This document shows positions 50,306 to 58,570 of a stretch of DNA of 64,000 bases, piece by piece. The position numbers and the translations under genes are program-made. How positions within the stretch are numbered: position 1 is the stretch's first letter; every line of letters begins with the position of its first letter. This stretch comes from a virus, in the IMG/VR virus record IMGVR_UViG_3300017917_002740, positions 30,390 to 94,389 of that record. One strand, written 5' to 3'. The notes under the pieces were generated by a model. That model worked only from the letters and a program-made list of their open reading frames with translations, ran no database searches and was not told where the DNA came from.

Positions 50306-51176
50306 CCGGCTTTAACGGATATAGTTTCTTATTGATCCTATACTCTGGACAGAGCTTACACTGCGGAACTGGTTCTTCTAATGCTCCTATGAAACTTGAT
50401 ATTTTTTCATTGGAGTCAAATGGACTACAGAAATCAGATTCATTTAGTAATTGTTTAGATGCAGGATCAATATTAAATTGATTGGTTAGATCCTCGTGTA
50501 TAGAAGTTAGAAAACACTTGTATAGGTCGCCCCTGACTACGTAATGACATAATCTTGCCTTGCAGTTTTTGTGAGCTATTTCTGGATCGCTGTCATGCAT
50601 GTGAATAATACCGTTGTGTATCATCTTAGTTGAGTGTGTGCCAAACTCATAGACCTGACTGAGCTTAACAGCCAGTCTACCATCTACATAATAATTTTCT
50701 TCTTGATAGGTAGCATTGGTCATGTTAGTGCCGATAGTGATATCTTTGCTGTAATCGTACACAGATAAAATTTCTTCAACTTGACTTTTGGCACGATCAT
50801 AGTGAGCAGGATCGTGCAATGAAATATCTAACCATAAACGTTGATCAATGATAGCTCGAGAAAGATCCGTTTCGTGTAGATATGTGCCATTGGTACAGAC
50901 ACAAAAATCTTCAAGGTCTGGCCAACATTGTCTCAGTCCTATAACCCAATTCAACAAGTCTGGATTAGCATAGGGCTCACCGCCCAAAATACAGATCTTA
51001 GGCGGCTGTAAAATTTCTCCCCAACGCTGACATTTATCTTGGTAGTCTGCGAATTTAAAATGACCTTTGAATCTTAGATCATTGTATGTGATACAATTTT
51101 CACAGGTAAGGTTACACACATTGGTAATGTAAAAGCACAGATAGGCTTCTGTGATCATTGTGAATTTTGGATCCAT
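50289..51176 (-). CDS. Radical SAM protein (paralog of 46568..47455)
   Basis: YITNVCNLTCENCITYND, LGGEPYANPDL and HDSDP..AH.NC. Start revised to 51176. Confidence 0.88.
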   Translation of the reverse strand: MDPKFTMITEAYLCFYITNVCNLTCENCITYNDLRFKGHFKFADYQDKCQRWGEILQPPKICILGGEPYANPDLLNWVIGLRQCWPDLEDFCVCTNGTYLHETDLSRAIIDQRLWLDISLHDPAHYDRAKSQVEEILSVYDYSKDITIGTNMTNATYQEENYYVDGRLAVKLSQVYEFGTHSTKMIHNGIIHMHDSDPEIAHKNCKARLCHYVVRGDLYKCFLTSIHEDLTNQFNIDPASKQLLNESDFCSPFDSNEKISSFIGALEEPVPQCKLCPEYRINKKLYPLKPVKEKI

Positions 51177-51217
51177 GCAATATTTATTGGCAGTAATAAC
51201 AGCATATAAATATTGCA
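51176..51217. promoter_or_regulatory. Divergent late promoters forming a 12-bp inverted repeat
   Basis: tgcaatatttat (51176-87) and ataaatattgca (51206-17). An exact T4 late consensus TATAAATA lies at 51205-12. Confidence 0.7.
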
Positions 51218-51221
51218 CACC

Positions 51222-51926
51222 ATGAAATTCCATTATTATTACAATCAAATTCCCGGAGGCGAGCCCTGGAGAAACAATTTGATTTACACCAGTTTGATCA
51301 GCGAGGACAAAAAAACTTTTGTCCAATGGTATCACAACGACAGCGAATATCACAAAGGCATGAATGAAGTTGTTGATCCAGCATTGATGAATGAAAAGTG
51401 GAGCAGAGAACTCTGCTTTCTTAATTACATGAATCGATGGCACCCAGAATCTGTGCCAGAAATTTTAGATATTGATTTATTGGAAAAAAAGATTTATTTA
51501 AAAATTGACGGTGTGGATCTATGGCAACGCAGTTTAGACAACCACAACTGCGCTTTTGATCAGATAGTGCCTGATTGGCAGGAACAGATGTTGGCCATAT
51601 TTAAAAATCATATAGATCTAAATCTATGGAAATACAGCCTTCACCCCAGCAGTTATTTCATTGTAGATGGTCAGTTAAAAAGCATAAACTACTTTTTCAC
51701 TTACAGCTCAGATGACGGTCCTATCACGGTCAGAGATCATCTCAGCCATATCAGCGAAGGTCGTAGAGCAGAAATGAAACCCAAGACAGAAGCCATGGGC
51801 ATAGACTGGGACACACCTCAAAGTCTGTATACCATGCAGATGTTGGCCTTTGAAAGTTTTAGAAGTAACTATCCCACGGACTTTATAGATCGAGCCAAGA
51901 GTCTTTATGACCACCTCAAAGATTAA
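51222..51926 (+). CDS. Protein-kinase-like fold protein (paralog of 43486..44184)
   Basis: Shared motifs NLIYT.LIS.D.K.F, REL..L, PDW..QML and KxSLxPxxYF..GQLK. Confidence 0.5.
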   Translation: MKFHYYYNQIPGGEPWRNNLIYTSLISEDKKTFVQWYHNDSEYHKGMNEVVDPALMNEKWSRELCFLNYMNRWHPESVPEILDIDLLEKKIYLKIDGVDLWQRSLDNHNCAFDQIVPDWQEQMLAIFKNHIDLNLWKYSLHPSSYFIVDGQLKSINYFFTYSSDDGPITVRDHLSHISEGRRAEMKPKTEAMGIDWDTPQSLYTMQMLAFESFRSNYPTDFIDRAKSLYDHLKD

Positions 51927-53919
51927 ACACTTTTATCTGTTTACCAAAGACAGCTATGGTACAAAAACCGTGTCTGTGCCATTGCTTTGGTGTAGCATGA
52001 AAACCTACTACGAAGAACAAAGTGCAAAAAGCGCAGAGTGGCAGTGGCACGATCCTTTTATAACCAGACGTTCTGATGCGGAGATATTTGCAGAGTTAGA
52101 ACGTGATCCTCCTGATGTTGCTGGCTTCAGTGTCTATGTGTGGAATGAGGTATACATGGATCAGCTGGCAGCAACGGTAAAACAGCTTTATCCTAACTGC
52201 TTGATCATCTACGGAGGCCCACAGCAGAATACCAAACACAATGAAAATTATTTCGAAGAAAAGCCTTGGGTAGATATTGTGTTCCCCAGCGATGTCTACG
52301 GAGAGATAGTGATCAAAGAAGTGTTGGACAATTACCCCGTACAAGACATACGGTCTATACCCACTGCCTACTATCAAAATGCCGCAGGACTAACAGCAGA
52401 AAGCGGCATACCCATAGACAAGCGTGGGTTTCAATGGCCTCACAATATTTTTAAATCTCAAGAGCAGTATATTTTACCCACACTACAATCTGCTAAAAAC
52501 CAAGATTACGACATAGTGGCTCTCTACGACACAGCACGAGGCTGTCCTTATCGCTGCATCTATTGCGAGTGGGGAGGCGGTACACATACCAAGGTGGTCA
52601 AGAAACCATTCGGCACGGTGCTTGACGAATTGACATGGTTGGCTGCAGTAGGAGAAATCACAAGAATTGAAATCACTGATGCCAACTTTGGTATTATGAG
52701 CATAGACGTTGAAATTGCTCGACACTTAGCTGAACTAAAAAACACCTACGGATATCCCAAAAACGTTGATATTACCAATGCTAAAAACAACATTGATCGA
52801 GTATTGGACATCATGGAAATATTTTTAGAAGCTGACATGATCAGTCAGTATATCATTCCTATACAGACACTTGATGAAACCACAAAGAAAAATATCCAAC
52901 GCACAGACATTCCATTTGAAGAACAGATCACAGGACTTGCTCGTTTAAGAAAAAACAAAAACGGTCAAAAGATGATTACATTCTTTGAGTCTATAATGGG
53001 GTTGCCAGGTGATAGTTATCAGGTCAATTGTCAGCAGATTGACACACTTTATGAACACGGACAGCCCTTGGGCAGTATGTTAAATCACACTTGGATGCTG
53101 TTACCTGAAACTCCAGCATACACGCCAGAGCTAAGACAGAAATTTAAAATCAAAACGGTCAAGAAGACCTTGGATTTTTTTACTAAAATAAAACCCGGAC
53201 GAGCAGTAACAGGTCCTATTCCAGACAACACCATGGCAGCATGGACCAACAGCTCTGTAGAAATCGTTGTGGGCACCTATAGTTATTCTACAGAAGAATG
53301 GGTCAAGATGCTGAGGTTAAACAATTTGGTCATTGCTGGAGAACGCATAGGTATCAATGATTATATTCTCAAGTACATGGTCCGTGAACATGGATTGACA
53401 CCTTCACAGGTTTTAACTGACATCATAGACTATGCCTACATCCAAGGATTTAAAGATGCTGATGTAAATGAATTTTTTAAAATGGAGCATCTACACATAA
53501 TACAATGGCTGTATCAAGACAATTTGGATTCTGGTATAGACATAGGAGAGGATTTTCCATTCCTGATCCCCTATTATGCATTTTTGCTATTAATGATCTT
53601 AGGCAATGGATCAGTGATCACTGAATTAACCGACATGCTGGCCGAGAAATACCATGATGAAAAAATCCAAGATTTGGGCAGATACATTTCAAAAAGCCTA
53701 TTAGGCACTGAATATCAAGGCACATGTTCTTTCATTACGGCATATGATTGGTTGAATTATTTTGCCAATGATAGTAAACTTATAAAGGGCACATATCAAT
53801 ATCAGACCGTAGACCCTGCACACGATTGCAGAGATTTACAGGAATATTATTGTTGGATGCTGGATCGTCACAACGAAAATCAAAGTCTTGTGGCCCAAGT
53901 GAGATTAAATGACATTTAA
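51907..53919 (+). CDS. B12-binding radical SAM protein
   Basis: N-terminal PPDVAGFSVYVWN..IYGGPQ (cobalamin-binding-like), then RGCPYRCIYCEW, DANFG and GLPG. Confidence 0.88.
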   Translation: MTTSKIKHFYLFTKDSYGTKTVSVPLLWCSMKTYYEEQSAKSAEWQWHDPFITRRSDAEIFAELERDPPDVAGFSVYVWNEVYMDQLAATVKQLYPNCLIIYGGPQQNTKHNENYFEEKPWVDIVFPSDVYGEIVIKEVLDNYPVQDIRSIPTAYYQNAAGLTAESGIPIDKRGFQWPHNIFKSQEQYILPTLQSAKNQDYDIVALYDTARGCPYRCIYCEWGGGTHTKVVKKPFGTVLDELTWLAAVGEITRIEITDANFGIMSIDVEIARHLAELKNTYGYPKNVDITNAKNNIDRVLDIMEIFLEADMISQYIIPIQTLDETTKKNIQRTDIPFEEQITGLARLRKNKNGQKMITFFESIMGLPGDSYQVNCQQIDTLYEHGQPLGSMLNHTWMLLPETPAYTPELRQKFKIKTVKKTLDFFTKIKPGRAVTGPIPDNTMAAWTNSSVEIVVGTYSYSTEEWVKMLRLNNLVIAGERIGINDYILKYMVREHGLTPSQVLTDIIDYAYIQGFKDADVNEFFKMEHLHIIQWLYQDNLDSGIDIGEDFPFLIPYYAFLLLMILGNGSVITELTDMLAEKYHDEKIQDLGRYISKSLLGTEYQGTCSFITAYDWLNYFANDSKLIKGTYQYQTVDPAHDCRDLQEYYCWMLDRHNENQSLVAQVRLNDI

Positions 53920-54481
53920 GATTGTACCGTGGTCCGAGGAACTTGACAGCACACTGACTGCTTTTTACGCAGAAGCGGATCGCCGCGGATTTGCAAATAA
54001 TGCCAGTCGACGTATGTTGGTTGACAGCATTGCACGTGAACGTGAGTGGGCTGTTTGGATTCTTTATTATAATGACACAGCCGTGGGTTCAGTGGCTGCA
54101 CATAGTTTTCCAGAAATGGGAGAACGCTGTTATCGTATTGCAGCTCGTACCTGTGTGTTCACAGACCTGCTGCCAGGAGCATATGGATCTGCGCTTAGAA
54201 CAAAAAGCGTGATCACTGAACATCAAAACCCCACAGCACAATTTTTAATTCCTGCCTGTCTAAGATGGACTCCAGCAAACAGCAGATTGTTCATCACATC
54301 TAATCAAAGCACCGTGGGAACACAGCGTAGGGTGCATAATATTTTTGGACCTTTGTTAGAACGACAAGGCACCATGCAGCGTATACAAGACTTAGAATAT
54401 CGAGGAACCACACAGACGGTGTGGCAGTTTTTCCCTCACGTATTTTATGAACAGATGAACAAGTATCCCAGATGGCAATGA
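53909..54481 (+). CDS. Hypothetical protein, possibly GNAT fold
   Basis: Pattern VWILYY..AVG.VAAH..YRIAAR. Confidence 0.45.
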   Translation: MTFKIVPWSEELDSTLTAFYAEADRRGFANNASRRMLVDSIAREREWAVWILYYNDTAVGSVAAHSFPEMGERCYRIAARTCVFTDLLPGAYGSALRTKSVITEHQNPTAQFLIPACLRWTPANSRLFITSNQSTVGTQRRVHNIFGPLLERQGTMQRIQDLEYRGTTQTVWQFFPHVFYEQMNKYPRWQ

Positions 54482-56538
54482 AAAAAGTCTACCTACTATA
54501 CAGAGACACTGCGGAAGAGTCATTTCTTTCTCTGCCTTTGCTGTGGTGTTCAAGCAAGACCTATTATGAAGAAAACAGCTCAAAAGCCAACGAATGGTCG
54601 TGGGGATATCCTTACTTTGGCAAAACAGAAACTGCTGAAGAAATTTTAGCAACGCTGCGAGCAGATCCTCCTGATGTGGTAGGATTCAGCATCTATGTAT
54701 GGAACGAACAATTTTTTGATAGTGTCGCAGAGCAGGTCAAAAAAGAGTTTCCCAACTGCTGGATAGTCTACGGCGGTTTCCAACCCAGTGTCAAACACAA
54801 TCCAGATTTCTTTAGACAAAAGCCTTGGGTAGATGTTGTGGTGCCCGGCAATGTCTATGGTGAGCCTGTGATACAAGAATTATTAGACATTTATCCTAAT
54901 AAAAATTTCAGCGAAGTCATACATGTCTACTATCCAGATGCTGACGGTAATAGAATGATCAGCGACAAAACTTTTGAGAAAAAAGAATTCCGTTGGCCCA
55001 ACAATATCTTTAAGAGCCAAGAACCTTATCTGTTAGAACGAGTTGAAAGAGATAGAGGTAGGCTCAGCATCACTGCGTTTTATCAAACCAGCAGAGGCTG
55101 CCCTTATCAATGTATCTATTGTGATTGGGGTGGTGGCACCAATACCAAGACCATCAAAAAGCCTTGGGAAATAGTCAAAGACGAAATGCTATGGTTAGCA
55201 TCCGTGGCCAAAGTAGACCGTATAGAATTAACTGATGCTAACTTTGGTATCAATGCCATTGATCTTGAAACTGCCAGATACTTTGTGGAACTTAAAAAGA
55301 CCTATGGTTATCCCAAGATCTTAGACTACGAACCTGCTAAGAATCATACCAAGCGTGTGGTGGAGATCGCAGAAACATTGGCCAATGTAGACGCATTGAC
55401 CTTTCACCGTGTGAGCTTACAGAGTTTAGATCCCGTCGTACAAAAAAATGTCATAAGAATCAATGCTCCGTTAGAAGAACAGATCAGCGGCATGAAGTAC
55501 ATCGAACGCATCAGCCAAGGTCGTGTGCCTTTGTATATTGAATGTATGTTGGGCCTGCCTGGAGATAGTTATCAGGCTATCTGTAATCAAATTGACACGG
55601 TCTATGGATACGGTGTAGCACCTGGTTGGATACACAACTATGGTTGGATGCTGTTGCCCGAAAGTCCTTCATATAGTCCCGAAGGCAGGGCCAAACATAA
55701 ATTGGTCACGGTAAAGAAATGGATCAATCATAATGCCAAGCTAAAGAAAGGATTTGTCATAGAGGACAATAGTTCTTTGAATTTATTAGATCCGTTTGAA
55801 ACCAAGTATGTTGAAACGGTAGTGGGCACATATAGTTACACGCAAGAAGATTATATGCAGATGTTTAGATTGACTAACTTCTGTATCGCCACTCACATCA
55901 CTGGGGTTAATGATTACCTAATCAGATATATTGCGGATACGCACAATGTCAAACCCAGCGAAATACTCACAGAAATTTTAAATTTCATAGACGGAAAAAA
56001 TTTCGAGGATCAGGAATTGGCCAAATTGTTTGATCTGCAAAAAAGAGTTCTGCGTAATTGGATGTACGATGATCATAGCGGCAGTGGCATTGACCTTGAT
56101 CCCGAGTTTCCTTTGATGTTGGCACACCATGCATTTTTCACGATGTCTATTATGTTGCACATAGATAGTTTTTACAAAGAAATCTGTGATTTGCTAAGTT
56201 CGAAATATCAAGACACGAGAATACAAGATTTGGGAATATATCTAAAAAATTCTATCATTGATTATGAATACCAGCAAGGTAGAACGTTCGTTACTAATTA
56301 TGATTGGTCGAATTATTTTAGTAACCAGCAGACTTTGGAATTAGGCCACTATCAATATCAGTGTAATGATGAGTTTGAATTAGTTGCCAAAGATAAAAGT
56401 CAGCGATTATTAGAATATTATAAATTTGCTGCAGGTAATAATCTTAATCCTGCTGTGAAAATCTCTAAGGATATAAAGTTAATTAGTCCAGTCTTGACTA
56501 TGCCAAGTGGGTTTGACCAACGACTCTATATCAGTTAG
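54472..56538 (+). CDS. B12-binding radical SAM protein (paralog of 51907..53919)
   Basis: PPDVVGFSIYVWN, RGCPYQCIYCDW, DANFG and GLPGD. Confidence 0.88.
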   Translation: MAMKKVYLLYRDTAEESFLSLPLLWCSSKTYYEENSSKANEWSWGYPYFGKTETAEEILATLRADPPDVVGFSIYVWNEQFFDSVAEQVKKEFPNCWIVYGGFQPSVKHNPDFFRQKPWVDVVVPGNVYGEPVIQELLDIYPNKNFSEVIHVYYPDADGNRMISDKTFEKKEFRWPNNIFKSQEPYLLERVERDRGRLSITAFYQTSRGCPYQCIYCDWGGGTNTKTIKKPWEIVKDEMLWLASVAKVDRIELTDANFGINAIDLETARYFVELKKTYGYPKILDYEPAKNHTKRVVEIAETLANVDALTFHRVSLQSLDPVVQKNVIRINAPLEEQISGMKYIERISQGRVPLYIECMLGLPGDSYQAICNQIDTVYGYGVAPGWIHNYGWMLLPESPSYSPEGRAKHKLVTVKKWINHNAKLKKGFVIEDNSSLNLLDPFETKYVETVVGTYSYTQEDYMQMFRLTNFCIATHITGVNDYLIRYIADTHNVKPSEILTEILNFIDGKNFEDQELAKLFDLQKRVLRNWMYDDHSGSGIDLDPEFPLMLAHHAFFTMSIMLHIDSFYKEICDLLSSKYQDTRIQDLGIYLKNSIIDYEYQQGRTFVTNYDWSNYFSNQQTLELGHYQYQCNDEFELVAKDKSQRLLEYYKFAAGNNLNPAVKISKDIKLISPVLTMPSGFDQRLYIS

Positions 56539-57855
56539 ACCGATGTCCTGAGCTCTAACTGCTTGATTAACTGAAATATCTACAAAGCCGCTGGCAGCTC
56601 GTCTTGTAAAAATAGTTCGAGCATCAGGACATTGCTCCTGTAGTTTTTTAATAAAACTATTTTCGCTGTGTATTCTATTCTTAACACTTCTTACGGTAGC
56701 TGTTCCTATGTAGTTAAAAACATTGGTTAGGTTAACAACTGTATTGGGTATGTTCTCTATCCAAGAAATATCTGTTTCTGTGTTTAACAGATCGCACCAA
56801 TGATATTCAAATTTTACAGTTTGAATAATCTCTTTCCATACAGATCGATCGATATCTGTAAACTCAGAAGATCCACAATAGGGAACATGCTCGCTGATCA
56901 TAGAAAACTTATTTTTATGATATTCCTCGGCAAAATCTTTGTAGTTAGAGCCATCCCAGTTTTCTACGAGATACTTAATGTATTCTAAAGTTAAAAAACT
57001 GTAATCATAAAATTTAACCTTGGTATTAGAATTAAAATCTAACATAGTCAAATAATGTATCCAATTTAATCCGCTGGCAGATACAACCAATTGTTGAACA
57101 GGACCTTGCATGTTAACAGGCACTATAGTTTCGCTGTTGTTTAGATATATGGCTGTACCGCTACAAAAACCTTGACGAGCATACAAAAATCCCACTTGAT
57201 CCTGATAGCTGGAATATTCTGGATAATAATATCTTTTATTATTTCTTAATCCTTCATCAAATACTTTTATGGGTAACTTATTATCTAATGCTAAAGATAT
57301 TAGATTCCATCCGTGTGCTCGATGAGAATATTCAAAGATTGTACTACCAGATTTAATCCATAAAGGAGTGTAATTGTCATGGTAGTTTTCTTGACTTCTT
57401 CTTGGTATAGTTTGTTGATGACTATCAAAAAATGACCGCTGACCAACTGCTGGACAATTTAATTTTTTATAAGTGGCGAGATTAACAACATAGCATTGTT
57501 CGTGCAATTCATAATAAAACTCGTTTCGATCTAATATATGTCCTGCAATAAAAAAATCTTCTTGACATAATTTTTCTACACAGTCAAACCAATCATAGCT
57601 GTTAACAAACTCTAATCCTGTAGACAACACTACAGCATTTTTGGCTTCGGTATTTGCGGCAGCTCGTAGTAGTGTATCTTCATCTGCAGAAACTAATACA
57701 GTGTATCCTAATATAGTAATGTTCTGTACAGTCCAGTCGCTGATATTTTTAACAGCTTCTTGATTTTCTTTACAGGCACTAATTCTATCAACTATACAGA
57801 ATATAATATGATCTTTAAGCTCTGAGGAATTTTCTTTAAATTTAACTACGTTCAT
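56479..57855 (-). CDS. Hypothetical two-domain protein
   Basis: 458 aa. The N-half has GHILD..YELHEQC. The C-half is Rossmann-like (ASG..FYD..DLL..NLTNVF). Confidence 0.7.
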   Translation of the reverse strand: MNVVKFKENSSELKDHIIFCIVDRISACKENQEAVKNISDWTVQNITILGYTVLVSADEDTLLRAAANTEAKNAVVLSTGLEFVNSYDWFDCVEKLCQEDFFIAGHILDRNEFYYELHEQCYVVNLATYKKLNCPAVGQRSFFDSHQQTIPRRSQENYHDNYTPLWIKSGSTIFEYSHRAHGWNLISLALDNKLPIKVFDEGLRNNKRYYYPEYSSYQDQVGFLYARQGFCSGTAIYLNNSETIVPVNMQGPVQQLVVSASGLNWIHYLTMLDFNSNTKVKFYDYSFLTLEYIKYLVENWDGSNYKDFAEEYHKNKFSMISEHVPYCGSSEFTDIDRSVWKEIIQTVKFEYHWCDLLNTETDISWIENIPNTVVNLTNVFNYIGTATVRSVKNRIHSENSFIKKLQEQCPDARTIFTRRAASGFVDISVNQAVRAQDIGLTDIESLVKPTWHSQDWTN

Positions 57856-58570
57856 AACTTCTTACAATAAGTTCAGCAAAGTCCTGTTTTCGATAGCCGT
57901 ATACTCCAAAGCCTATCATATGAATGCGATCTTTAGAACTAAAATTGATCACAGCATGTCTATGACGTATGTTGATCAAAAATGCTCGATTAGGCTTGAA
58001 CGGAACAATGCCGAACCCTTCTAACACCATGTCGCAGTTCTTGGGATGAATCAATGCCACGTTCACAGGACATCCTAACTCCAAGGGATCGTAGTCAATG
58101 GGTTCACCGGGTATGTAACCACGACCGGGTGCATCGCTGTGGGGAGCAATATAGCCGCCAGCTGCCACTCGCATAAATCTAACTCTTTTGTATTTTTCTG
58201 CAGGAAATGATTTCCAGAACTCTGTGGCTGCAGGAACTTCGTTGCTGAGTTCAGTCCACTTGTAGGTTTCGTCAGTTTCTTCTGAGACATACTCGGGCCA
58301 GTTCTGTGTAGCATCAGTTCTTATGCCGTGGATACAACAACTATCCCAACCTGAGCTTTCGCCTTCTCGATGTGGCACATAATATTTTTCTGCAGCAAGA
58401 CATTCATGATAAAGTTCTGGAACATCTATGTCTAATTCTAACCAAGCAAAGTTAGGGTTATTAACGATCCAACGAGCTTTATCTATCGTAGATAAATCTT
58501 TAGGTAGCTCCGGAGGAACATACTTTAAATTTTTATTCGCATTATAAAAATCTAATACTTCTCGATTCAT
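57842..58570 (-). CDS. AspH-like Fe(II)/2OG oxygenase
   Basis: RVRFM..GGYIAPHSD..HAVIN..RIHMI. Confidence 0.8.
   Translation of the reverse strand: MNREVLDFYNANKNLKYVPPELPKDLSTIDKARWIVNNPNFAWLELDIDVPELYHECLAAEKYYVPHREGESSGWDSCCIHGIRTDATQNWPEYVSEETDETYKWTELSNEVPAATEFWKSFPAEKYKRVRFMRVAAGGYIAPHSDAPGRGYIPGEPIDYDPLELGCPVNVALIHPKNCDMVLEGFGIVPFKPNRAFLINIRHRHAVINFSSKDRIHMIGFGVYGYRKQDFAELIVRSYERS

Noticed and set aside
50289-51443. Long N-terminal extensions given by the ORF track (also kdsA, 29607..30113, 39949..41262, 59701..60840, 63147..63779)
   Set aside because: The extensions overlap neighbouring genes or promoters. Downstream ATGs fit the promoter/SD positions and family N-termini better.
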